A stretch of DNA of 51,599 bases, taken from assembly GCA_030649205.1 (NCBI GenBank), contig JAUSGE010000029.1:1-51599 (forward strand), read 5' to 3'. Under the pieces are notes generated by a model. The model was not told where the DNA came from, ran no database searches, and saw only the letters and a list, made by a program, of their open reading frames with translations. The DNA comes from a bacterium. GTDB taxonomy: Bacteria; Patescibacteriota; Patescibacteriia; Patescibacteriales; GWC2-42-12. This document shows, in pieces, positions 9,536-18,004 of this stretch (position 1 is its first letter; each line of letters opens with the position of its first letter). The position numbers and the translations under genes were made by a program.

Positions 9536-9795
9536 CGTCGGCCTCCTTTTGTTTGATGGAATAGTTTTTGATTTTGTTTTTATGCTAACAAAATAAATAA
9601 ATTAAGTCCAGAGGTGATTGAATACCCTTGTCTTATTAAAAATTATTTGCTATAAATGCATAAAACAAAGCTAAATTTGCTCATTAAAATATTATAAATA
9701 AACAGAATATAAAGAGGAGGTGCAAAGGCATAGGCAATAACAGCACAGCAGTTAAATTTATAGTTAACCAAAAACGCAAAACGGGAGAAAAAATC

Positions 9796-10890
9796 ATGAA
9801 AAGATTTCATTACGCTATTATTATTGCAGCAGCCGCGGTAATTTTGGGCATTCTATTAACCGTATGGCGGCCAGAAATGACCACAGGTACGCCGCCGCCA
9901 AAACTATTAGTTTATGCGACAATAGCGGCGTTGGCGCTGATGTTAATTTTTATATCAATTAACATTATAATCATGAGGCGCAGGGCGATGAGGAAAATAA
10001 TAACAGACCCCATCAAAGATTGTGAAAGAATTATAGCTAAGTTACAAGCCGATAACACAAAAGTTCAAACTTCACTGAACTTTATAAAACAACATTATTC
10101 CAGCTCGGCTTGGAAACGCGTTGAGGATAGATTGAATTTTTTTGAGCATGAGATGAAGGGATCTCAAAAAGTTTTTAATAATCTAAGCCAGACGCATAAT
10201 AAACCTTACCTAACTGCCAGCCACCTAAAGGACCTATCAAACAGCTTGAATAATTTTCACGGACTGTTAAACCTTTTAATGGTTCCGATGCTAACCAACA
10301 TTGCTGAAACTCTGGAAAGCATTCCCCGCGAGGCGGATCAAACCAGAGAGCAGAGCATAACTCTTCTGAAAAAATTGCCCACAATGATTAAAAGCGCGCG
10401 GGCTACTTACCAGGAACTGCCTGATCAAAGATTAATAGCGATAGTCAAAGGTAACTTTGAGGACGCGGTAATAGCCAGCGCGAGTAAGTCAAGCGAAACA
10501 GACTGGCTGAAAATTCATAAAATTCTTTGCGCCGTAAAGCAGGCGCTGGAGGATATCCGAACCGCCGCCGAAGAACGAAAACAGGCGATTGAGCAGGAAG
10601 AGCAAGCCAAGCAAACTGCTCCTAAACTATTAGAAACACTTCTGCTCGCTGTAGAAGGGGCGGAGAATAAAAACGATTCCGAGGAAGTAAAATCTTTGTT
10701 GGCCGACGCCGGCAGGGTTTTATCCGCCGCGCAAATACTTGCCAGCCTGGAACCTTGCTCTTGGAGCAAAGTCAGCCAATTGCTCAACGCGGCTGAAAAA
10801 CTTTATTGCCAATCAATTGACAGCCGCGCCATTGATGAAGCGCACGCCTCTCTGCGCTCAAATCTAATAATTTCACAAGATCAGAAATAA
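9796..10890 (+). CDS. Membrane-anchored helical/coiled-coil protein (unknown function)
   Basis: 364-aa ORF. GGGAGA lies ~8 nt upstream of the ATG. Two N-terminal TM helices are followed by a long alpha-helical region. Confidence 0.55.
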   Translation: MKRFHYAIIIAAAAVILGILLTVWRPEMTTGTPPPKLLVYATIAALALMLIFISINIIIMRRRAMRKIITDPIKDCERIIAKLQADNTKVQTSLNFIKQHYSSSAWKRVEDRLNFFEHEMKGSQKVFNNLSQTHNKPYLTASHLKDLSNSLNNFHGLLNLLMVPMLTNIAETLESIPREADQTREQSITLLKKLPTMIKSARATYQELPDQRLIAIVKGNFEDAVIASASKSSETDWLKIHKILCAVKQALEDIRTAAEERKQAIEQEEQAKQTAPKLLETLLLAVEGAENKNDSEEVKSLLADAGRVLSAAQILASLEPCSWSKVSQLLNAAEKLYCQSIDSRAIDEAHASLRSNLIISQDQK

Positions 10891-10928
10891 GGAGAAAAAT
10901 AATTTAAAAAGCTAAAATTAGAACCTAT

Positions 10929-10972
10929 AAGCTCTTAGAGGATGTTTATCTGCCTCTAAGAGCTTTTTATTT
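10929..10972 (+). terminator. Rho-independent terminator
   Basis: aagctcttagagg-N11-cctctaagagctt followed by tttattttgg, 39 nt after the stop at 10890. Confidence 0.8.
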
Positions 10973-11042
10973 TGGCAGGCGTGTTTGAGCACTCCGGTGA
11001 TTTTAAATTGTATTTATTAGCGAGCCTAGAAAAATTAATGCT

Positions 11043-11167
11043 GGCTCCATAGTGGCGCTAGCCCTATGGAGCCTTAATGCGAATTTCATTCCGGCTCCAT
11101 AGCCCTTCGGGACTATGGAGCCAACCAGGAATTAATCCATATAATAACGCCGGCTAAAGCCGGGCAG
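11043..11167. repeat. Two family C hairpins (ggctccatag...ctatggagcc) plus one family D unit (gccggctaaagccgggcag)
   Basis: Family C copies at 11043-11073 and 11093-11122; family D at 11149-11167. The same units recur at 14570-14599 and 30791-30821 (C). They also recur at 14885-14906, 25298-25320, 41249-41271 and 42229-42253 (D). Confidence 0.85.
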
Positions 11168-11219
11168 AAAATAATAATGATTGAATAAAACGCGCGTTTG
11201 AATTATACTGAATAACAGT

Positions 11220-12161
11220 ATGAGCGCCTTTAATAAAATTTCTCAAACCGTAATTTTCATCGCCCTAATGGCCGGCCTGGGCTATTATTTCAGGAATGAT
11301 CTGGCTTTATCGTGGAAAAATTTAAATAAAATCGTCAGTCCCTGCGACCAGCCGATCAATTATTCCATCGGAGAGCTTGATAAAAGATTCGGCTTGAGCC
11401 GGGAAGAATTTATCAAAAGAATCAGCCAGGCGGCGCTAATTTGGCAAGATCCGGTGGGCAAGCGATTATTCAGCTACGCCCAAACCGGCAGCCTAAAAGT
11501 AAATTTAATCTATGACGATCGCCAGGAGGCCACGAATAAATTAAAAGCCCTGGGCATTAATATCAATAACAATAAAGCCGGTTTTGAAGCGCTAAAAAGC
11601 AAATACGACATTTATAATAAAGCCTACCAGCGGCAGAAAACCGAGCTGGACAACACGGTAAATTATTATAACGAGCAAAAAGCCAATTACGAAGACGAGG
11701 TCAAGGCGGCCAACCGGCGCGGCGGCGCGGCGCCGGCCGAATTCGCCATTTTAGATCAGGAACGCCAAAGCTTGAATGATTTGGCCGCCGGAATAAAACA
11801 AAAGCAAGACTCGCTTAACAAAACAGCCGATGATATCAACGCGCTGGCCAGCGTGATGAATAAATTAATCCGCCAGTTGAATTTAAGCGTGAATAACTAC
11901 AATGCCGTGGGCGCCGGCGCTTCGGGCGAATTCCAAGAAGGTCAGTATACCAGCGATTCATCCGGCGAAAAAATAGATATTTTTCAATATGACAGCCAGG
12001 AAATGCTGATTCGAGTTCTGGCCCATGAATTGGGCCACGCTTTGGGACTGGAACATCTTAATAACCCCAAAGCCATCATGTATTATCTGAACGAAAGCGG
12101 CAACAGCCAAATTACGGCCGACGATCTGACCGAGCTGAAACTGGTTTGTAAAATAAAATAA
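11220..12161 (+). CDS. Matrixin-like (M10 family) zinc metalloprotease, membrane-anchored
   Basis: HELGHALGLEH matches HExxHxxGxxH and is followed by a Met-turn-like AIMYY. There is an N-terminal TM helix and a central coiled coil. Confidence 0.75.
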   Translation: MSAFNKISQTVIFIALMAGLGYYFRNDLALSWKNLNKIVSPCDQPINYSIGELDKRFGLSREEFIKRISQAALIWQDPVGKRLFSYAQTGSLKVNLIYDDRQEATNKLKALGININNNKAGFEALKSKYDIYNKAYQRQKTELDNTVNYYNEQKANYEDEVKAANRRGGAAPAEFAILDQERQSLNDLAAGIKQKQDSLNKTADDINALASVMNKLIRQLNLSVNNYNAVGAGASGEFQEGQYTSDSSGEKIDIFQYDSQEMLIRVLAHELGHALGLEHLNNPKAIMYYLNESGNSQITADDLTELKLVCKIK

Positions 12162-12164
12162 TTT

Positions 12165-13433
12165 ATGTCACTATTCAGCGATTTCTTGCTAAACTTACCT
12201 TTGCCCTTGGTTGACCACTGGGGTTATTTGCTGGTTTTTCTGTCCGCCTTGGTTGAAGCCTTGCCGGTTATCGGCTCGTTTTATCCCGGACAAACAGCCG
12301 TAATCTTAAGCGGCTGGTTCGCGCAATTGGAAATTTTAAGATTAGACGCTACTATCTTCGTGGCTTCAACCGGCGCTATCATCGGCGACTTGCTAGGCTA
12401 TATTATCGGCCGCCGCTGGGGCGATGAATTTATTTCGCGCTATGGCAAATACTTTTTCTTTGATAAAAATAAATATGAAAAAACCGGACAATTAGTGCGC
12501 GAACACGCGGGTAAATCCTTAATTATCGGCCGCTTCAGCCCGTTCACCAGAGCTTTCGCGCCCTTTATTGCCGGCGCGTCGCGAGTAAAATTTTATAAAT
12601 TTATTGCTTACGATATTTTAGGCGGCATCACCTGGGCGGCCGGCTCAATTTTAATCGGTTACATTTTCGGCTTAGGTTTTTCCACGGCCGCGAAATATTT
12701 CGGCCGAATTATCATGATCGCGGTGGTAGCCATAATTTTATTAGTTTCGGCCTATCGTTATTTTGACAGAAAAAAACATATTTTTTTAAAAAATCACCTG
12801 ATTTTTTTAGTTCTGAACGCCATATCAATTTATGCTTTTTCCAAAATGGCCGAGGATTATTTAGATCAGGAATCAACTTACTGGCTTGATCTTTGGCTGG
12901 CGCAGCGCATCTCTTCCATCTGGCTGCCCTGGCTTAATAAGCTGATGGTTTTAATTACCGCGGTTTTCAGTCCGGAGGTTTTATTGTCCATAGCCGTGCT
13001 GGCCGCGGCTTATTATTTTATAAAAAAATGCTGGTACCGCGCGGCCTTGGTTTTTTTAAGCGCGGCCGGCGGCGCGGCGCTGGGCGCGGCCATGAAACTC
13101 TTGATCGCGCGGCCCCGTCCGGCCGGCGGTCTAGTTTCCGAAACCGGCTTCAGTTTTCCCAGTAATCACGCGCTGATGGCCATGATATTTTTTTATTTGT
13201 TAATTTTATTGTTTGGCGAAAAAATAAACAAATTCTGGCTAAAAAATTTGTTTATAGCAATGGGTCTGACTTTAATTTTATTAACCGGCTTTTCGCGAAT
13301 TTACTTAAAAGTTCATTATTTTAGCGACGTCCTGGCCGGCTTTGCTTTGGGCTTGTTCTGGCTGACACTATTAATTTTATTATTTAGAATAGGTTTTAAG
13401 CTCTGGGGAAATCACCCTTGGATAAAAAAATAA
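12165..13433 (+). CDS. Fusion protein: DedA/SNARE-associated membrane domain + PAP2 (acid/lipid phosphatase) domain
   Basis: The N-terminal half looks like DedA (GYIIGRRWG..., GRFSPFTRAFAPFIAGAS). The C-terminal half has PAP2 motifs KLLIARPRP, SFPSNH and SRIYLKVHYFSD. Confidence 0.8.
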   Translation: MSLFSDFLLNLPLPLVDHWGYLLVFLSALVEALPVIGSFYPGQTAVILSGWFAQLEILRLDATIFVASTGAIIGDLLGYIIGRRWGDEFISRYGKYFFFDKNKYEKTGQLVREHAGKSLIIGRFSPFTRAFAPFIAGASRVKFYKFIAYDILGGITWAAGSILIGYIFGLGFSTAAKYFGRIIMIAVVAIILLVSAYRYFDRKKHIFLKNHLIFLVLNAISIYAFSKMAEDYLDQESTYWLDLWLAQRISSIWLPWLNKLMVLITAVFSPEVLLSIAVLAAAYYFIKKCWYRAALVFLSAAGGAALGAAMKLLIARPRPAGGLVSETGFSFPSNHALMAMIFFYLLILLFGEKINKFWLKNLFIAMGLTLILLTGFSRIYLKVHYFSDVLAGFALGLFWLTLLILLFRIGFKLWGNHPWIKK

Positions 13434-13453
13434 AAAAATAAATTTTATCTATT

Positions 13454-13978
13454 TCATTCAATACAGCAGTCAATCACTTTTTTAACCACCTCGGAAAATT
13501 TAGCCATTAGGCCGGTTTTTTTTTCATCTTGTTTGTTAAGCATGCCGTCATCAAGCTTTTTCAAACCGCTGGTATTCATCACGCCCATATTAACGGCCCA
13601 AAACAAAGAGTACAAATCAAAAGCTTTTTTAAACAAATCTTCGGCTTCATCTTTCCGCTCACGGCCCAGCTGCTTAGTGCCAACCTCCATCAGGCGCATG
13701 CTGGCGGCCAGCAAATGTTTGGAAATACACCAGACTTCGCCTTCATAATCTTTGATAATTTTTTTTAACAGCTCTTTGCGCATGGAGCGCACTTGATTGA
13801 GTAAATCAAGATAGCTCGCCTTGCCGGTTTTTTCCGCTGTAAAAAAGAAGTGCTCTTCAATGCTGATTAAATTCATGATGGCGATGGACAAATCTTGGTC
13901 GCTGGACAGGTCCATCTTGTCTTGTTTTTTTAAGTCATCAATTTTTTTTACCAGATCTTGATAGTTGTTGATGGCCAT
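13454..13978 (-). CDS. Hypothetical soluble helical protein
   Basis: 174-aa ORF, 8 nt from the downstream gene on the same strand. No recognisable motif. Confidence 0.5.
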   Translation of the reverse strand: MAINNYQDLVKKIDDLKKQDKMDLSSDQDLSIAIMNLISIEEHFFFTAEKTGKASYLDLLNQVRSMRKELLKKIIKDYEGEVWCISKHLLAASMRLMEVGTKQLGRERKDEAEDLFKKAFDLYSLFWAVNMGVMNTSGLKKLDDGMLNKQDEKKTGLMAKFSEVVKKVIDCCIE

Positions 13979-13986
13979 ATTGTTTA

Positions 13987-14496
13987 TTATTTATAATGGG
14001 TAATAAGATAAAAAACCAAGCTTAGAATCGCCAGCGAGCCGACCGGCACAACGACCTTCTGGAAAGGAAAATACGCTTTACCGCCATTTTTTTTCTTAAG
14101 ATATTCATTAAACAACACGCTGGCGGTAAAACCAATTGTGCCGATAATAATGCCGATAATTAATTTATCAATTCCCCACAATTTATTCAAAGGATGGCCG
14201 GCGATCTTATAATAAAAAAGCGGCCAGATCATCATGGCGTAATAGGCGATAAAAATCAACGGCTGCCGGCCCAAGAATCTAATATTTTTTTTGGTCAGCC
14301 AATTAATGGTTAAAAGCGACGCTGAAACCGCCAGAGCGCCGATCCACAGTCCGGTAATGGTATCATCAACGCCCAGCCAGCGGGAAAAACCCACGCCGGC
14401 GGAGACGGCCGCCGTGCAAATTACGCAAATCGGCAAGGCCTTGGCCGCGGCCAAAGGCAGGAGCAGTAAAAACGAGAAAATTATAAAATATAGCAT
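13987..14496 (-). CDS. Hypothetical polytopic membrane protein
   Basis: 169-aa ORF with about five hydrophobic helices; it leads a two-gene minus-strand unit. Confidence 0.55.
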   Translation of the reverse strand: MLYFIIFSFLLLLPLAAAKALPICVICTAAVSAGVGFSRWLGVDDTITGLWIGALAVSASLLTINWLTKKNIRFLGRQPLIFIAYYAMMIWPLFYYKIAGHPLNKLWGIDKLIIGIIIGTIGFTASVLFNEYLKKKNGGKAYFPFQKVVVPVGSLAILSLVFYLITHYK

Positions 14497-14541
14497 AATT
14501 TTGATTAATTATTTTACTTGATCATTATACCATATACTTTT

Positions 14542-14599
14542 TGTCATTGCGAGGGAGATTTTTCCGGTTGGCTCCATAGTCCCGCAGGGCTATGGAGCC
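14542..14599. repeat. Family A 5' end fused to a family C hairpin
   Basis: tgtcattgcgaggga... is followed by ggctccatagtcccgcagggctatggagcc. Confidence 0.8.
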
Positions 14600-14701
14600 A
14601 AGCACCGACAGTGATAACATTTGACTATTTATTTTTTAATGTTAGTATTATTTTAAAACTAAAACAAAAAACCATTATAAGGAGAATGAGGAAATGAGAG
14701 A

Positions 14702-14806
14702 ATGGCTAACCGAGCATTTAGTGGTGGCGCCGCTTTACGGCCTGATGCTGTGCCTACGGCGGCTATTTTTAAGTTGCTACGCCGGCAAAGTAAAAGCAAC
14801 TTATGA
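14702..14806 (+). CDS. Candidate 34-aa small ORF (MANRAFSGGAALRPDAVPTAAIFKLLRRQSKSNL)
   Basis: GAGGA lies ~10 nt upstream of the ATG at 14702. The TGA at 14804 sits immediately before a terminator hairpin. The competing 70-aa track ORF (14694..14906) reads through that terminator and through repeat units. Confidence 0.3.
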   Translation: MANRAFSGGAALRPDAVPTAAIFKLLRRQSKSNL

Positions 14807-14810
14807 GCAG

Positions 14811-14850
14811 AGCGGGTGTCGTGCTAGTCACGCACCCGTCTTTTATTTTT
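14811..14850 (+). terminator. Rho-independent terminator
   Basis: gcgggtg-N14-cacccgt followed by cttttatttttgg. Confidence 0.65.
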
Positions 14851-14958
14851 GGACTATTTTTCTGCCCTGCTTTAGCAGGCTTTTAACTCCGGTTAAAGCC
14901 GGGTAGAAAAAAATATAACAATATGATAAAATACAGATAGTATTTTTTAATCAATAAT

Positions 14959-15243
14959 ATGATAAACGTAAATAACAAGCTGGACAAAATTAAAAGCGAA
15001 AGTTCTAAAATTTCCCGCGAAGTTAAAGACAGGACTTTCGGCTTTATTATCACGGCCTTAAGCCTGGTGGCCGGCCTGGCCTGGAATGAGGCCATCCAAT
15101 CGCTCATCAATAATTATTTTGCCATGAACAAAAATTCCATTTTGGCAAAATTTGTTTATGCCGTTATTTTGACATTAATACTTACATTGATTACAATTTA
15201 TCTGGCCAAAATTTTCGGCCGGAACGATCAAGAAAAAGAATAA
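14959..15243 (+). CDS. Small two-TM membrane protein (DUF5654-like from memory)
   Basis: 94-aa ORF. FGFIITALSLVAGLAWNEAIQSLI and a second helix FVYAVILTLILTLITIYLA. Confidence 0.55.
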   Translation: MINVNNKLDKIKSESSKISREVKDRTFGFIITALSLVAGLAWNEAIQSLINNYFAMNKNSILAKFVYAVILTLILTLITIYLAKIFGRNDQEKE

Positions 15244-15439
15244 AATATTCCTCCCTGCTTTAGCAGGCCGTTATTAATATGAAAACGCGAGCGCGAACCA
15301 AAATCGGCGGCCGCCAAGGCAATCCGGCTTACCGCACGCCGTCAGGATTTAAATACAGGAAGTCCGTGCAAATAAGAAACATTAGGTATGCTAAATAGTT
15401 TTTTTAACAGAAAGTTCTTTTATAATTTGGAGGCAATGG

Positions 15440-15724
15440 ATGAAAAAAACAAATTCAGACAGATTAGGCGACAGAACCGGTGAGATTGCCGAAGTGTTAA
15501 AAAAATTGCCGGATCAGAGCCAGGCAGATATAGTAAGACTGTTGGTAAAAAACGAGTTGGCTGAAGTGCGCCAAATCATCAGGGCAATTAATAAAATTTT
15601 AGTCCGCGTTGATAAGCTTAGCCAGGAAAAAGCGCGCCAGGCGATTAAGGAGGCGCACTCTTTAAACAAAAGTCTTGCGGCAATAAGACAAAACAAAGGC
15701 TTAAGCGCTGGTGTTTTGCAATGA
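15440..15724 (+). CDS. Hypothetical small helical protein
   Basis: 94-aa ORF with GGAGG 7 nt upstream of the ATG. It is followed 20 nt later by a second small gene. Confidence 0.5.
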   Translation: MKKTNSDRLGDRTGEIAEVLKKLPDQSQADIVRLLVKNELAEVRQIIRAINKILVRVDKLSQEKARQAIKEAHSLNKSLAAIRQNKGLSAGVLQ

Positions 15725-15744
15725 CAATATTGGGAGGCATAATA

Positions 15745-15957
15745 ATGGTTAAACAACTATTGGCAGAAATTTCTACCATCGTTTTTTCGCCTGGTCAGGA
15801 GTCGGCCGGTTTTAGGTTGCTCGTGTTAAAAACAAAAAGGCACATGTACATCCGCCGGAATGAGAAAGGAGAGAACTGTTACGGGGTGGAACAGAGCGAT
15901 TTAGAACTGCTTGACCGGACCGGTATAGCCTACGAGGTTATAAATAACCAAAACTAA
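15745..15957 (+). CDS. Hypothetical small protein
   Basis: The ATG at 15745 has GGGAGG 8 nt upstream; the track ORF start at 15721 is less likely. 70 aa. A terminator follows. Confidence 0.45.
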   Translation: MVKQLLAEISTIVFSPGQESAGFRLLVLKTKRHMYIRRNEKGENCYGVEQSDLELLDRTGIAYEVINNQN

Positions 15958-15973
15958 AAAATTTTTTAAATGA

Positions 15974-16002
15974 GGGACGAAGCTAATTCGTCCCTTTTAA
16001 TT
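15974..16002 (+). terminator. Rho-independent terminator
   Basis: gggacgaa-gctaa-ttcgtccc followed by ttttaattt. Confidence 0.75.
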
Positions 16003-16045
16003 TATACTTAATTAATATATAGTAAATTCAGTATCTCCTTGATAT

Positions 16046-16867
16046 ATGAAACCATTTAAAATCATCAGCTTAATAATTATCTTTTTACTAATCATTTTCG
16101 CGGGCGCGTGGGCCTATTTTAATTCCAAAAAAATTTCCCAGCCGCCGTCGGCGCCGGCGGAGATTATTGTTGATTCGCCCCGGCCCAATCAGACCGTGGC
16201 CAGCCCATTTCTCTTAAAAGGCAAAGCGCGCGGCAATTGGTATTTTGAAGCTTCGTTTCCCGTTAGATTACTAGACGACCGAGATAAGGAATTATTGGTT
16301 GTGCCGGTACAGGCCAAAGGCGACTGGATGACCGCTGATTATGTGCCATTTGAACAGCTGGTGGCATACCATATTTCGGCCACAACCTCCGCTGTTTTAG
16401 TTTTGCAAAATGACAATCCATCCGGCTTGCCGGAATTGGCCAAAGAAATCCGCGTCACTCTTACTCTAAATCCAACTAATGACATAAAAATTAAGGCGTA
16501 CTTCAATAATAATAATTTAGATCCGGAAATATCCTGCAATAAAGCTTTCGCTGTTGACAGATGGGTGGCGAAAACCGCGGCCGTAGCGCGGGCGGCGCTA
16601 GAACAGCTTCTGGCCGGGCCAACCGAGCAGGAAAAAGTGCAAGGCTACTTTACTAATATCAACCCGGGCGTTAAAATTCAGAAACTGGAAATTACCAATG
16701 GCGTTGCCAAAATTGATTTTGACCAGACGCTGGAGCAAGCCATGGGCGGTTCTTGCCGCGTCAGCGCCATCCGCGCGCAGATTACGGAAACTTTAAAACA
16801 ATTTTCTACGGTTAAAAACGTGATCATCTCAATTAACGGCCGGACTGATGATATTTTGCAGCCGTGA
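16046..16867 (+). CDS. Membrane-anchored Gmad2 Ig-like + GerMN domain protein
   Basis: N-terminal TM helix. IVDSPRPNQTVASPFLLKGKARGNWYFEASFPVRLLD is Gmad2-like. AALEQLLAGPTEQEKVQGYFTNI...KIQKLEITNGVAKIDF is GerMN-like. Confidence 0.7.
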   Translation: MKPFKIISLIIIFLLIIFAGAWAYFNSKKISQPPSAPAEIIVDSPRPNQTVASPFLLKGKARGNWYFEASFPVRLLDDRDKELLVVPVQAKGDWMTADYVPFEQLVAYHISATTSAVLVLQNDNPSGLPELAKEIRVTLTLNPTNDIKIKAYFNNNNLDPEISCNKAFAVDRWVAKTAAVARAALEQLLAGPTEQEKVQGYFTNINPGVKIQKLEITNGVAKIDFDQTLEQAMGGSCRVSAIRAQITETLKQFSTVKNVIISINGRTDDILQP

Positions 16868-16921
16868 TGATGTCCGGGCGGGAAAGTAATTTCTCCCGCC
16901 CGTCTATAACGAAAAACAATT

Positions 16922-17950
16922 ATGAATTTGAATAATTTAGAAAAAGCGTTGAGTGAAGAGCCAAAGTTCAGATTGAAACAGGCCAAACAAGCGATTTTTG
17001 TTGACTTAACAGATAACTGGGACAAAGCGACGATTTTTTCTTTGCCGTGGCGCGAAAAATTAAACCAAGACTGTCCGCTGGGAATTAAAGCGGAAATTTT
17101 TAAAAGCCATGATAAAAATTCTTTGAAGGCTTTGATTGATTTAGCTGACGGTCTAAAAATTGAAACCGTCTTGCTTAAGCATGCTGACGGACGTAACACA
17201 GTTTGCGTGTCGTCGCAGGTCGGCTGCGCGCTCGGCTGTTTGTTTTGCGCCACCGGAAAGATGGGCTTTAAAAGAAATTTAACAGTTGATGAAATTATTG
17301 AGCAGGTTTTGTTCTGGGCGCGGCAGTTAAAACATAACCCCCCAACCCCCCTTTCAAAGGGGGGCGCCGGAGGGTTAAACATTGTTTTCATGGGCATGGG
17401 CGAACCATTTTTAAATTATGATAACGTCCTGGCCGCGATTAAAATTTTAAACTCCGCGGATGGTTTAAACATCGGCGCCCGGCATATTTCCATTTCCTCG
17501 GTCGGCGTTAGCGACGGCATCAAAAAATTAGCCAAAGAAAACTTACAGCTTAACCTGGCGCTATCACTGCACGCGCCTTCAGATAACCTGCGCGCGGAAA
17601 TTATTCCTTATAACAGCGCCAACCCTCTAAAAAATTTAATTAAAGACCTAATCTATTATCTGAAGCAAACCGGTCGGCGCGTCATGATTGAATATTTAAT
17701 GATTGACGGCTTAAATGATTCGCCGGAGCAAGCGCTAAAATTAGCAGAACTTTTAAAAAATATTGATCCGCCGCTATTTTTCGTTAATTTAATTGCCTAT
17801 AATCCGACCGCTGACTTTAAGCCATCAACCCCGCGAGCAATCTTTGAATTTAAAAAAATCCTAAGAGATAAAAAAATTGACGTGACCGAGCGCTACCGCT
17901 TCGGCCAGGATATCAGCGCTGCCTGCGGACAATTGGTGGGGAAGCTTTAA
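16922..17950 (+). CDS. rlmN: 23S rRNA/tRNA (adenine-C2)-methyltransferase RlmN (radical SAM)
   Basis: CALGCLFCATG (CxxxCxxC), FMGMGEPFLNYDNV, and a C-terminal SAACGQL. It carries an in-frame palindromic repeat at 17335-17380. Confidence 0.9.
   Translation: MNLNNLEKALSEEPKFRLKQAKQAIFVDLTDNWDKATIFSLPWREKLNQDCPLGIKAEIFKSHDKNSLKALIDLADGLKIETVLLKHADGRNTVCVSSQVGCALGCLFCATGKMGFKRNLTVDEIIEQVLFWARQLKHNPPTPLSKGGAGGLNIVFMGMGEPFLNYDNVLAAIKILNSADGLNIGARHISISSVGVSDGIKKLAKENLQLNLALSLHAPSDNLRAEIIPYNSANPLKNLIKDLIYYLKQTGRRVMIEYLMIDGLNDSPEQALKLAELLKNIDPPLFFVNLIAYNPTADFKPSTPRAIFEFKKILRDKKIDVTERYRFGQDISAACGQLVGKL
17335..17380. repeat. Family E C-run/G-run palindrome located inside the rlmN reading frame
   Basis: aaccccccaacccccctttcaaaggggggcgccggagggttaaac encodes NPPTPLSKGGAGGLN. 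The same architecture occurs at 24995-25065, 30282-30315, 30633-30667 and 30747-30779. Confidence 0.85.
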
Positions 17951-18004
17951 AACTATTGTATAAAAGTGATATTAAAATTAACCTTTTTATAGTATAATTA
18001 AGCC

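Noticed and set aside
15279-15398. 39-aa highly basic ORF (MKTRARTKIGGRQGNPAYRTPSGFKYRKSVQIRNIRYAK), ribosomal-protein-like composition
   Set aside because: There is no RBS, it matches no ribosomal protein I can recall, and it sits directly after a repeat unit. I treat it as probably noncoding.
16678-17397. 239-aa minus-strand ORF
   Set aside because: It is antisense to both the GerMN gene and rlmN, which have clear motifs. It has no RBS and crosses their intergenic hairpin.
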